The notes below the pieces were generated by a model, which ran no database searches, had not been told where the DNA came from, and saw nothing but the letters and a program-made list of their open reading frames with translations. The position numbers and the translations under genes are program-made. A stretch of 62,087 nucleotides of DNA, the filler included, from Squatina squatina (taxonomy: Eukaryota), in NCBI GenBank assembly GCA_031763465.1. It is 4 parts of 4 records of this genome, joined end to end, with 100 filler letters (N's around TTAATTAATTAA, not from the genome) between each part and the next. Parts side by side here need not be neighbours in the genome. Positions count along the whole stretch, not along the records: positions 17,421 to 31,459 come from JARFOE010000219.1; positions 31,560 to 46,959 come from JARFOE010000073.1; 2 more parts are not named here. One strand, given 5' to 3'. Below, in pieces: positions 25,047 to 37,364 of this stretch (the stretch's first letter is position 1; each line of letters opens with the position of its first letter).

Positions 25047-28000
25047 GGCGGCGCCGCTTCTGGCTCACACACAGCCAGAGAGAGAAAGTCTTTCCCAATC
25101 ACTTAATGTCACTGATCCACAATTTAAAAAAAAAACACCACACACAGCAACCGAACTGCAGATAATCCGGAGCACAAAGAGTGGGGAAACCACACTTCAT
25201 ACCTGAATCAACATGTGGCTCTGAGACATCCCGCCCCGGGGCTGGACGTCAGGCTCACTCCCAACCCCCTCAGTCCCTCGGCCGCCCCTAACAACCGACT
25301 CCTCGTTTAAAACCTCCGCCTCCTTGACAACGTGAAGTGTTCCTGCGTGGTCACGCTCACTCACTCTCTCACTGGCCCCCTCGAACAATACTTTTTCACA
25401 TCTCAAAGTCTTCCAGCTGCCAACCACGCCAGTCAGTCTTCACTCAGAGTTTCCGAAAGGGAGCTGTCGGTTTTATCGGGTGATTGGATAAACTGCTGGA
25501 TGTGTGGGAGGAAGAGGATGTGAGTCGTAACTGCTTCTGAAGAAAGCACAGACGGTGCTCTGGTGCTTGGCACCAAATCATTAANNNNNNNNNNNNNNNN
25601 NNNNNNNNNNNNNNNNNNNNNNNNNNNNNNNNNNNNNNNNNNNNNNNNNNNNNNNNNNNNNNNNNNNNNNNNNNNNNNNNNNNNGTGTATGTGTGTATTT
25701 CCATGTGGAATATGGAGGGGGTGGAAGGGGGGAGGATCATGAGAAACCATAATTTTACTGTTCCATGGTGTTTTGATGTTAGTGAACTAATGTGCATTCT
25801 TAAAGGTTCTGCTTTTTCTGCTTTTTTAAAGAAAATACTTGGCACATGCATTAGGTGATGGTAGGCTGCTCTCAATGGTGGCACTGCTGTTAGAGATGCA
25901 GGTTGAAATCACCTCCTTTGGTATTGTGGGTTTCCTCTTTTGGTAAATATAAATGAACGATAAATTTTAAAGTTATTTTAACTGAATTGGTTGTGATCAG
26001 ATCCCATTTAGATTGAACTTCTCAAGTATTACAAACTATTTAAAAAAATCTAATTCTAATAACTTTTCAAAACTTCTTGGAATTTACAACTCCAGGAAGT
26101 CTTTAAATACAAACACTTACAAGTAAAGGGATAAAGCTGAGGACAATAAACAGTTCTAGACAAATTTATTTGTAAAACATAGTAGTTTAGTTTGTTGGCA
26201 GCTGACAACCTTTACTCCAATGGAAATGTTATCACATGTAAATTTAATCAAATTACTTCAATGATATGGCAAAGCTTGCTTCAATTTTTGTTTTATTTCT
26301 GGAGATAAACCTTTGTAATGAAGTGGTAAACATTTGTTAAGTTCTTTCANNNNNNNNNNNNNNNNNNNNNNNNNNNNNNNNNNNNNNNNNNNNNNNNNNN
26401 NNNNNNNNNNNNNNNNNNNNNNNNNNNNNNNNNNNNNNNNNNNNNNNNNAGGTATTTCAAGTACACTGGAAGTCTGGCTCCTTTAATCCAGAGAAATGCT
26501 TTGCTGTAACTGATACTGGTCAGGACTCAGGCCTGTCTGAGAAACAAATAGGAGCCAAAGAAGATCTGAATGCAGATATATCTGATTAAGCATGAGATAG
26601 ACCAGTGAACAAAAGACAAAAGGAACTCCTTCAGCACATTCCATATCACCATAAATTAAGCCTCTATTCAATTTCTTAACAGGCAGTGTAAGAGTTGGAA
26701 AAATGAACAAATTACCAGCTCTGTCAAGTACTGTTATTACTCAATGGTCACCCTAGAGAATTTACCAATGATAAACTATTAATGTCAGTACTGACCAGAA
26801 AAACACTGCAGAACATAGAAACTTTGCATGTTGAACCTTCTTCCAACACAGACATACGTAGCAGTGAAATAATGCAGACTATTTCCACATTTTTGGACAA
26901 TGGTAATATTCCTGGCAACAACAATTTATTTGCTTATCCCTTCCAATCTTTTCCAAGAAGTTTCCAAATCACTGTAGTAATGTTTCCTGCCATGGCTTAT
27001 GAACTTTAAATATGTGCTTCGCTTGGGGAGATAATGACCTTAATAATAACATATAGAAAAGAACTGCTGGCAAGATTTATCACAAGTAAATTTTGTTGGG
27101 TCATCACAACATTTAAGTGCTCCAAAAGAGCAGACAGGAACTATGGTCACGAAATTCATGGATTGAGAGGGTGTAAAACAATTATGGGCCTGAAATTGCA
27201 ATCTCCCCGGGTGGGAACGATATTCCCACGCACCCGGGGAGACATCACAAAAGCCGGTTATGGGGCTGTCAATCGTAAGCCCGCATAACCGGCATTTGTG
27301 ATCTGTCCAGAAACTTCTGGACAGNNNNNNNNNNNNNNNNNNNNNNNNNNNNNNNNNNNNNNNNNNNNNNNNNNNNNNNNNNNNNNNNNNNNNNNNNNNN
27401 NNNNNNNNNNNNNNNNNNNNNNNNTCTTGCCCGAGTCTGGCGGTAACGGGCGGTGCTAAACCCCCAAATTTCTCGGCCATAATCTATTAAATATGTATAT
27501 ATTACAGTCCAGTGAGCATCAAATATGAATGTCAACCAGTTTTGCGCAGCCTGTGGTGAAGCAGTGAATGACTGACCGCAACTTCAGGATTTCTGTGTTT
27601 ATCTGCGCATGCGCTAAGTCCTGAATTTATGGTCAGTTTCAGCAAATGGTGACAGTTCACCATCATTACCACTGCAAAATCTGGGCCCTTAATTTGAATA
27701 GCTGCACTCTCTTTAGAGACTGTGATTCGGGAGTCTCAAAATAAGGCGACAGAGAATTATGGAAGTGGAGATGCAGTGTGAGCCTCCACCTATATTTTTG
27801 GTACATTGCACCTTTTCCACAGGTGCTTCTGGGGTGGTGGGTCCAAGAAAATACACATTCCTTGGTATCTAATACTTTATATACAACAGGCAATGTCTTC
27901 CAAAGTGTAAATGCCACTAAGTAGCACAATAAATACTGGATAATTCTGTCAAAGTTCTGGGATTTCTTTCAGAATTACATGGAGCAGATGGATTATAGGT

Positions 28001-29880
28001 AGAAATTTGCATAAACAGTATATGGATGATGCAATGTGCATGGTTTGCAAATTTGATTTACACCTTCATAATTGAACTGAAGCAGTATCATGAAGGCAGA
28101 ATTCAAACTTGACTGCTTTAATGCTCTTTACATGTCATGTATGGACACCTTTACGTGAATCATATCAGAAGACTTGGTGACCAGTACCAGAGGTCACCAA
28201 ACAAATTCATTAACATATTACAAATTCCAGTAACTTACATGTAGACTGTTTCCTTTGCAGCTTGCAGCTGCAAAGGCAACTCATAAATTACAAGGCTAAA
28301 CAATACCAGGTGCAGGTCATTCACGAGAAACCAGAACCGGTTAAATTCTCTATACTGGTCTCATGGGTGCACATAATCTGTTAAATATGTATATATTACA
28401 GTCCAGTGAGCATAAAACATGAATCTCAAGCAGGCTTTGCCAAGAAATGTTGCAACACTGTCATCCTATGTTCAACTACTTTATAAAAATAAATTTACTT
28501 TATAGCTTGTTTTAAAATAATCTTCCATAACATAGAAAAAGTTTTATCTCTTCAGAGCGATTGGCATGTCCTTAGAGTGGACCTTTTGGCCATAAAGAAC
28601 AACAACTGATTATTTTAGATCCCAATCATGTTTATGGTTTCTTGTCAAACTTACTATTGCGAAATGACTAACCTAAGAGAAAATCTTCCAGGCTTCTTGT
28701 AGAACAACAGTCCACACAGTGCTGTCGTGGATTACTTCAGATGGTTTCCATCTTGTTGGGCTATGTTATTTTTATTTACATTACAATGTCTCACAGTGAT
28801 CTCCAAATCCAATTTATTTTGCTCATAAAAGAAAACAACCTTCTGATGCTTTTAGAAGATGTTCTGCAGACTGAATGCAAACTTTCCTGAATTTGCAATA
28901 GCCTTCTTTTGGAATTCTGCATTAACCAGTCTTCTGTATTAGTATTGTGACACAGAGTTATCACAGCTCCAAATACAGAGCTACAAGGTCGTACATTTAA
29001 AAAACATTATGCAAATAGAACATATATCATTAAAAGCACACACATGTCCTCAAAACCAAGAGTTTCTCTGAGAACAGTTTGTTGCCACATTTATATTACA
29101 GTGCTGCTTCAGAAACCTCCAAGCTTCCGGACTCCGTATTATTAGGACTTTGACGAACAGAGCTCTCAGCTAGCCCATACAGACCAGACTTGTGGCTTTC
29201 TCTTTGTGGCCTTACAAGTCCTTCCCTTGAAATCGGGAAGGTCTGTAGTCAGAACGGGAAAGCCACAAAGACTTCATAGCAATTGCTGTCTTGTGCATTC
29301 AGTTATTCTAGTGTTGCTGCTGTGACAGCTACAACTCATATGACTAATGGCAAGATCACACAGTTGTCCACACTACAGGTTAAAACCTTGTGAATTGATT
29401 TTCACAAGGGATGAACCAGGGTTATGCTGTGGCACTTAAAAAACAGTTCCTTTATTGAATTACTTCCAGTTAACATGTTAAGTCCTGTTTTGCTGATGTG
29501 CAACTAGATACTCGCAACAAGCTGACTACACTGTGCTTTCTATGTTCTGGGCTAGGGGTATTTAGCTATTTTCACAAGGCTGTGTATGACACAAGAATTA
29601 AGCTCAGGAATTTCTGACGCGACCATCTGCCAGAAACAATGGCAGGCCCTTCTTACTGAAATCCNNNNNNNNNNNNNNNNNNNNNNNNNNNNNNNNNNNN
29701 NNNNNNNNNNNNNNNNNNNNNNNNNNNNNNNNNNNNNNNNNNNNNNNNNNNNNNNNNNNNNNNNTTTAATGGCAACCAGATGTTAACTACTGGCAGAGTG
29801 CGGCTTGACATGTCCATCATGTTTGGCCTTGGCGAGTGAGAGCGCGGGAATTGGGTTGTTCCCACCCTCGCCCGGGAACC

Positions 29881-29943
29881 ATTGGCTGTCGGTTGTGCGG
29901 CAGTTCCGGGGTTAAAACTCCTGCCATAAAACCAACTATAAAA
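29881..29943 (+). promoter_or_regulatory. Putative NID2 core promoter (reverse CCAAT plus TATA box)
   Basis: ATTGG at 29881 and TATAAAA at 29937-29943, about 80 nt before the ATG, in a CpG-rich stretch. Confidence 0.5.
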
Positions 29944-30020
29944 GTGGGAGATCGGCGCACAAGCCGCTTCTCTCTCTTTCCTCCCCTATCCACTTTGGAA
30001 CAAATCCGTTCGTTTCCAGA

Positions 30021-30221
30021 ATGCAGGAAAAGGGTTTCATTTTACTTTTAAAACTCCACTGTATGCTCAGCTTGGTTTCTGGAATCCAGAGAGAAGACCT
30101 TTTCCCGTTTGGTCCACACACCGAGGACCTTACCCTGCAAGAAGGCGATGATGAAAGCTCTCCAGTTGTTAATCTCAAAAGGCCACTTGTCTTTTATGAT
30201 ACACAGTTCAGTAATCTTTAC
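30021..30221 (+). CDS. NID2: Nidogen-2 exon 1 (signal peptide plus N-terminus)
   Basis: Hydrophobic leader, then LFPFG...LQEGDDESSPVVNLKRPLVFYDTQFSNLY; GTAAG donor. Confidence 0.93.
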
Positions 30222-30777
30222 GTAAGTTTTGCCTTAAATCTATTTACTATTGTGCCTGATATTAAACCAGAGTATGGTTACATTTAGTAGAAGCTGTCTT
30301 CTCCGGTCAAATTACATAACTAACAATGGACCGGACCTCCTCCCGAATCAGTATTTTGTTGGGTGGTNNNNNNNNNNNNNNNNNNNNNNNNNNNNNNNNN
30401 NNNNNNNNNNNNNNNNNNNNNNNNNNNNNNNNNNNNNNNNNNNNNNNNNNNNNNNNNNNNNNNNNNNNNNNNNNNNNNNNNNNNNNNNNNNNNNNNNNNN
30501 NNNNNNNNNNNNNNNNNNNNNNNNNNNNNNNNNNNNNNNNNNNNNNNNNNNNNNNNNNNNNNNNNNNNNNNNNNNNTTACCTATTTTATGTAGATGTGAC
30601 CATGTCTGTAAATGTCGCAGTCCAGGGTTCTAATTGCCCCGAAACAGCGCTAAAAGTGCCTTAAGTAGAATCGAAGTACTTCAGATAAATATTATTGTAG
30701 CCATTAGGTTTAAGAACAAAGACTGAACGAGACTTTCCGCTGGGGTGCTGATAAACGGTTGGATCCTTTATCTTCAG

Positions 30778-31080
30778 GTAGGAACGAATGGGATCATCTC
30801 CACCCAGGATTTCCCCAGAGAGACCCAGTACGTGGACGACGGATTCCCCACCGATTTCCCGGTGATTGCGCCTTACCTGTCAGATATCGACACAAGTCAT
30901 GGCCGAGGGCGGATTTATTACAGAGAAGACGATTCCTCTGACATCCTTGACCGCGCCGGCCAGGAGATCAGGAGAGGCTTTCCTCAGAGCTCATTCACTC
31001 CGACCAACGCTTTCATCGCCACTTGGGAGAACGTGGCGCCTTATGAGGAAGTGACGCGTTCGTTTGCCTCCTCCAACAGG
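30778..31080 (+). CDS. NID2: Nidogen-2 exon 2 (NIDO/G1 region)
   Basis: CAG acceptor, [51 protein letters not shown]..., GTGAGA donor; in frame with exon 1. Confidence 0.95.
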
Positions 31081-31459
31081 GTGAGAAACTCAGCAAACTT
31101 CATTAATACTGAGAAGAAATGCCAGCAATTATGCATGTGCCTGGCTTGGGCATAGCTTTAGCAGCTAACCTATTAGTGCTTTCTTCAAAGATTGATGATC
31201 CAGCTCTTGGCCGCCACTTCAAATACAACACTAATTCCCACTATTGATTTAAACAGTGATTTGGGATTTAAAGCCAGAACTGATTAAGTCAGTGCCACCA
31301 AGCAGTCTGGTTGAAAGAAACCATGATACATTTCGTTGGTTCTTAAATATTTATCCACAAGGCAAGTCATTCTGGCTGAAATGTCATCCATTTCATAGTC
31401 AATGGTGGGCCACGGTGAGGGAGGAATGCACACTAAATCTACATAATGGCTGAGTACAT

Positions 31460-31559
31460 NNNNNNNNNNNNNNNNNNNNNNNNNNNNNNNNNNNNNNNNN
31501 NNNTTAATTAATTAANNNNNNNNNNNNNNNNNNNNNNNNNNNNNNNNNNNNNNNNNNNN
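31460..31559. other. Artificial scaffold linker
   Basis: TTAATTAATTAA at 31504-31515 within a 100-nt N block. Confidence 0.95.
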
Positions 31560-33209
31560 CTCATGACGTTTAACTAAATCAGTCTCCAATAAGATTAGCT
31601 CTATCGTCCCTGGCAGGCTAACGTCGAGCTCGGCGCCTCCTCCCCCCTTCTTCATGGACCTCTTGCTCTTCCTGAGGGTGATCCGCGAGTGCTTCCTCCG
31701 GGTCCCAGTTCTCCTCTTCCTCTACATCCTCATTACCTGCCTCTGGCATCTCCACCTCAAGTGGCTGTGCCCGCATGATTACAGGTTATGCAACGTGCAG
31801 CAGACGACGGTGAAGTGGGAGACCCAGAGGGGCGAGTGCTGCACCAAAACATCTGCTTGACCAGACCAATGGTCTGCTCAATGAGATTGTAGGTGGCAGC
31901 ATAGCTTTCATTGTACAAAAGCTCGCCTGCAGCGGTGGGGTTTTGCTGGGCAGTCATGAGCTATGTATCCTGCAGGTATCCCTTATCGCCTAGGATCCAT
32001 CCTTGAAGAGAATATGGTGGCTGGAACATCTCTGGCGTGCCGCTCTGCCTGAGGATGAAGGCATCGTGGGAGCTGCCCGGGTACCACGCATCCATCATGA
32101 GGATTCTTCATGTGTGGTTACACACCAGCTGAACGTTCAGGGAATGATAGCCTTTTCTGTTGCGGAAGATCTCGGGATTGCGCTCTGGGGACTTGAAGGC
32201 AACGTTGGTACAATCTGTTGCACCCTGAACCTTGGGGAAACCCGTGACATGGGCGAAACCAACAGCTCACTCTGATCCTGCCTGGTGATTGGGAAGGAGA
32301 TGTTACTGCCTGCTCCTTTAATATAGAGCTTTAGTCACCTGTCTGATGCAGCAATGCACAGCATAATGAGATGTTACACCTTGAAATGACCCATTAGCAT
32401 AGAAATTGAGGGAACTGGTTACGTTCACCGCCACTGACAGAGCCTTGCTCTGGAGGGTGAAGGTCACCTTGCAATAGTTGGTATAGCTCCGTGTTCACTT
32501 CTTTCCTGAAGCATAGTCTTCACAGACATTGTTCATCTGTCATCTGGAAATAGGTGAAATGTGGATGGAATACTCAGAGCATAACTCCTCCAATTGCCCT
32601 GGCCGCCTCTACCAGAAGCTGCATTCTGCCTTGCCTCTCGGTGGCCTGCTTCAGGGGGCTGTGGCACATCAGCTTCTCCCTGCCTATGGCCATCTGCATG
32701 ATCCTCTGGCTCCTCAGCCCTCACACATTCTGCATTCGCCTCATCTCTCTCCGTTGTATTTTCAGTCTAAGATATGTCATGTGATGCCAATGAAGCTAAA
32801 GCAGAACCCATAATTTACGATTTTCTACCACAAGGACAGGAGAATGCTAATCCAAGTCGGTAAGCTATGTCCCAAAAATAGCAACTGAGACCCCCGACAG
32901 TTAGGTTGCAGCAGTTGCCTGCCAGGCCCATTTAAACCGCCATCCTGGACAAGATGGAGGTATTCTGTGCGATGGTGGCGCAGTCCAATGCAGCACCTTA
33001 GGTCCAGAATCAGTGGCGCACAGGCTGATAATGTCGTAGCTGCCTGCCACCGCCACAACCCCTGCCACCGGCGCCCAGCCTCCAACGCTGTTTTCATGCC
33101 GGCATGAGACTCTGCCAAATTCAGCGGTTTATGCTCCAGCTGCCACCAGCAGGCGTTAGGGCTCTAACGCCCATTTGGTGCCAGTCTACACTCACCAATT
33201 AGGCCCCCC
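31560..33209 (-). mobile_element. Degenerate PIF/Harbinger transposon with DDE transposase remnants
   Basis: Minus-strand motifs RKGYHSLNVQLVC, YPGSSHDAFIL, WILGDKGY and IEQTIGLVKQ; TIR-like AATTAGGCCCCCC near 33200. Confidence 0.85.
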
Positions 33210-33407
33210 TGTAGTTTAAACTGGCAACCAACAAATCAGATAGATCAGCAATGATGTTGTGAAAGCTTAAAATACATCACTAGGTCCTGGCTGCTGTTAC
33301 GTCTGAAGTTCATATTCTTACATTTGCATTTTTTGATTAAAAAATTCCAGTGGATGAAATATATATTTTACATCATAGGCTGAATTTGAGAATTGTTTTG
33401 AGTCATA

Positions 33408-34091
33408 GGAGCCAAAATTTCCCCTTCTTATAGCCCTGTTAGTGCCTCCGTGGGGCACTAACGGAGCGTTAAGTAATTTTTGCCCAGGGCGGTGGGGGGT
33501 GCTATCGCATCCCGGGAAATTGCCACGCCCTGCAATTTATGCCCTAGGCAGGTGCACAACCGGCAATGTTGTCATCACCGTACACACCAATCCCTTTCTC
33601 CTAGCGGGATGCGAGGCTGGCGATAGCACCGCCAGCTTCGTGTGGTGCGAAGCTGGCGCACATCGACGTCCAGGCTGCCCCTTAAAAGGGGAGACCTTTT
33701 GCGCCCCAGGCCATCACCTTTTTACATCAGCCGACGCCATCTTTCAGCCTGGCACACGACTGTGGGGGTGCTGGCCCAGTCGTTCACGTCCCTGGTGACC
33801 CAGTGACGGCGATTGGCAGGCGCTACAGAGAGCGCAGCAGCCCTCCCCTTTAACTGAAGGGGAGGGGCGTTGTCGCGTGTCAGCGCTCTGCGGAGCACTG
33901 ACATCAGCGCCGCACTACTGCCCCGACACCACCCCGGAAATGAAGCAGAGCGCCAGAGACAGCACCCCGCTTCATTTCCTGGGCGGTAAGGACAATTTTA
34001 CGTTGGCAGCGGGATTTCTGGGCCAGGAACTAAAAGTTCCAGCTCTGGAGAGTTACCACCCCCAAACCAGGCACAAGGCAATTTTGGCCCC
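33408..34091. mobile_element. Harbinger-type MITE with TIRs and 3-bp TSD
   Basis: TIRs GGAGCCAAAATT / AATTTTGGCCCC, flanked by ATA on both sides (33405-33407 and 34092-34094). Confidence 0.8.
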
Positions 34092-35101
34092 ATAATCTCA
34101 AGACAACACAAAACAGCCAATGAATTATTGGCTTCACTTAAGTGTGCTGTCCAACCTTAATCACTGCACCACAATAGTTGGCAAGTAAAAAATGATGATT
34201 ACAAAATTTTCCCAAAATATATTCATGGGGCCCAAGTGCTATAGTGTGCTAGCACATTTTGCATTCACCTTTGTGACAGTGGCTTGAATCCAATCCAGAA
34301 TGGGGTGAAAGTCTTCATCTTTTCCAAGAAAAATACAATTTGGCTGTCTCAAACAATTTCTTAGTGGGTTCAGGGCCACAACACAAAACTGCACAAAATT
34401 CAGTATGAGTTTCACTCCAAGAGGCCAACAGTTAGTTGGTGTGAGAATAGGAATATGTTACAGGAGGGGATGCTTGTTTCTGGGGCTGAAGCACTTTTCT
34501 GGGCTGAAGTAGAGGTTTCATCTTGTATCTAACCCATCTTAAAGCCAACCTTGGAGTGCCTGATGGATTATTGAGGGAGCTTTACTCTGCATATAACCAT
34601 TCTATACCTTGGAATCTGTGCAAAGCAGTGTTGAGGGTCTTTATTCTATATCTAACAATGCTATATCTGACATTGGATGCTCAAAATGGAAGCTTTACCA
34701 GCACTACATCTAGCACTAGCTTTCTATTCACTAGCGCTCCCCTAAAGCACAAAAAAGTAATCAACTACATTTTAAAAATGTTGGCAGGGTATTCAACCAC
34801 ATGTGCAGTTTCCAATAGGAATTACTGGACCATGAACAGGAGTGAGAACCCTGGCTGATATCAATTATAACACTCATACTACCCTTAATGAGATTAACAT
34901 ATGAGAGGGGCTGAGCCTGCTCTGTATGGCTCAATTACACACTGTCTTTACTAAATGAGCCAACTGTTAGAGTTCCAATAGGTACTTTAAACTTCCAAAT
35001 GGTGTATCCTTGGACAAAAGATGAACAGGCAATAGCTAGCGATGCTGTGTCAGTGTCATTGACATCAGAACTTTAATTAGAGCCAAGGCAAATCGATCAA
35101 A

Positions 35102-35307
35102 TTACCTGGCAAAAGCTGAAACAGCAATTATATCCAATATCACCTCCAATCCATAGGTTACCAGAAGGATCGCATTGATTATTACATCTGCTTTCAGCAC
35201 ATAGGTCTGCCACATCAAGAAGTGCAGGGAAAGCATCACACTTCCAATTGTCAGGACCATGCTAATTACAACTGGAACAGCCTCTTCAGTCAGGTTACCT
35301 TTAAAAC
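35102..35307 (-). CDS. TMEM80: Transmembrane protein 80, terminal coding exon
   Basis: CAG acceptor, then GFKGNLTEEAVPVVISMVLTIGSVMLSLHFLMWQTYVLKADVIINAILLVTYGLEVILDIIAVSAFAR*. GNLTE, HFLxWQ and VLxAD are TMEM80-type rather than TMEM216-type (GNLCQ, YYLLLQ, VLRLE). Confidence 0.85.
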
Positions 35308-36876
35308 CTGGGGAAAAGATAGAGAATCAAACCAGCTTTAAAACCTGTACTCTGGAGACCCATTACACTTAAGGTCACGCACACAAGAAAAACCTTTATT
35401 GAATACCTGAAGCAATCCTATAGCCTCATATAGTACTAAGCCATATAGACCAGAAGGTCTCCGGTTCAAGTCATCTCTGTGCTAACTTTTTTATAAGTAA
35501 CTATTGAAATTGATAACAAGAGTGTGCAATAATAGACATGTAATTCCTGAGCTTTAAAAGTCTAAAAGCTGTAAAAGTCAAGATCAAAGAGGTTATATTT
35601 TCCAATGCCAAGTAATGCATTTTTTTATTATCAATTTTACCAGAACTGTTTTTAAAGACAGTGAAAACACAAGAGGTAACAACATGTGGCAGGCTGAAAA
35701 AGCAAACTTATTTGCAATTCTAATTTCAAAAGAAATGAGTGCATTTAGATATTGTAAATATTGGGATCAAAGAGGAGGTAGTTTCAATGCTGCTTTTCCA
35801 TCAATGCTGTCAACAAGAGTCCTTTCAGATATAGTCCTTTATTACCCAGTCCCTTAGAGTTCATATTTGTACTGCAACCAAACAGGCTTTTTTACATAGA
35901 ACANNNNNNNNNNNNNNNNNNNNNNNNNNNNNNNNNNNNNNNNNNNNNNNNNNNNNNNNNNNNNNNNNNNNNNNNNNNNNNNNNNNNNNNNNNNNNNNNN
36001 NNNTTATTGAGCCATCAGCATTATGTTGCTTTAATTTTAGGAGAAGAAAGTGACAATCTATACAGCAACACTGAAATCCTAGGTTTGGCTTTAAATATTT
36101 AAAAGAAACGGTTCTTTGGGTTTACACAATCTATGGTGTGACATCAAGCTAAACAGACTATAAGAGTTTCAGATTTGATGGCCCATGTGTGCTGAGTTAG
36201 CATGATTAGCCAGATGAGCAGTTGGGAGGGGCTCAAGCCTTAGTATCCCTACGCTTATGGAGGAGGGCAAATAAAATCAGAGTTTCCCATTCCCAATGAG
36301 TATCTAGTTACCCCCGGAAAATGTATGGGTACATAGACACCGGAAGAGAACAGGATTGAGCCAGGCTGTGATGGTCTCTATGATAAAATAACCTGCTGAC
36401 ATTCACTATCTCGGCTCATACAACAACTTGCATTTATATAACATCTTTAATGTGGAAAAACATCCCAATACGTGTGGAATGGTCACTTAGGAAAGTTATG
36501 GAGGGCACTGATGGAATTATAACCTAGCAAGAATCACTAAGGACAGAAATCACAGGAGAAAAGAAGTTCATTAAGCTTACAATCTTGAATTGAAATGCTC
36601 AAGTTTTTCCAACTGAAATTTTCATCTTACTGCTGAGAATGTAATTTTTTTAAATAACTTATATTTTCCTCAATTTGGAAATCACTGCAGTAAAGTATGA
36701 GCATTAATGTTTTGCTAAAATGATCAAAGAGCAAGATATATAGGAACACTATTTTACCCTCAATCTACTTTTCAAAAAAATGTAATCTATATGGTTCTAC
36801 TGGCACAGATTTAACACACATATAAAGGGAAAATAACGCATTTAAAATACACCCATTAACAGGATTCAAAACCTAC

Positions 36877-36970
36877 TTTTGTATATGAAAAGAAGGATCT
36901 CTGCCACAAAGTACACTGCATAGTACCAACTGTTGAGGAGTAGCAGAATTTCCAGTGGAGTCAAGGAGAG
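36877..36970 (-). CDS. TMEM216: Transmembrane protein 216, 94-nt exon
   Basis: CAG acceptor, LSLTPLEILLLLNSWYYAVYFVAEILLFIYK, GTAGGT donor. TPLEIL..LN.WY and the AEIL..F.YK pattern are TMEM216-like; TMEM80 cannot be fully excluded. Confidence 0.72.
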
Positions 36971-37347
36971 CTGATGAAAAACATTAAGGATACACCACAT
37001 ATAAAAATCTTTATTAACTGCAGCTTTTTTATTTAATAAGAATTTCAGTGTTAGACCAAACTCCCAGCAATTAGAAATCATATGGTTTCTCTTAATAAGG
37101 CTGACAATTCAGAGTCAAAGTGTGAGCAGCTTTATGCTGTGGACTCATGTCAACCAGGTTCAAACAGCCTAAAGCTAACTTCATGTAGAACCCACACAAT
37201 CAGCAGAGGGGAGACTTTGAAGCTAGGTCTCAGAAGTGAAGAACTTTCAATACTTAAATTCTCATTTACTGCACTATTCAACCTTTTGTATTTGCATCCT
37301 CAACAGAGGAATAAATCTTGCACCAATGTTAATTTACAAAAGGATAC
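36971..37347 (-). other. U12-type (minor spliceosome) GT-AG intron, 377 nt
   Basis: 5' splice site GTATCCTTTT; branch point TCCTTAAT (36990-36983), with the branch A about 13 nt from the CAG end. Confidence 0.9.
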
Positions 37348-37364
37348 AATTGGAGGAGGATTTC
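37348..37364 (-). CDS. TMEM216: 17-nt micro-exon of TMEM216 (xNPPPI)
   Basis: TTATCTTGTTTTACAG|GAAATCCTCCTCCAATT|GTATCCTT. Phase 1 in, phase 0 out, joining in frame to LSLTP. Confidence 0.8.

Noticed and set aside
24250-25206. Long overlapping and antisense ORFs (238 aa +, 175 aa -, 120 aa +) over PTGER2
   Set aside because: Shadow ORFs caused by GC-rich codon usage in the PTGER2 exon; no recognisable protein features.
28252-28276. Perfect 11-bp hairpin CCTTTGCAGCT-TGC-AGCTGCAAAGG
   Set aside because: Too short for a pre-miRNA, no supporting context, and plausible by chance.
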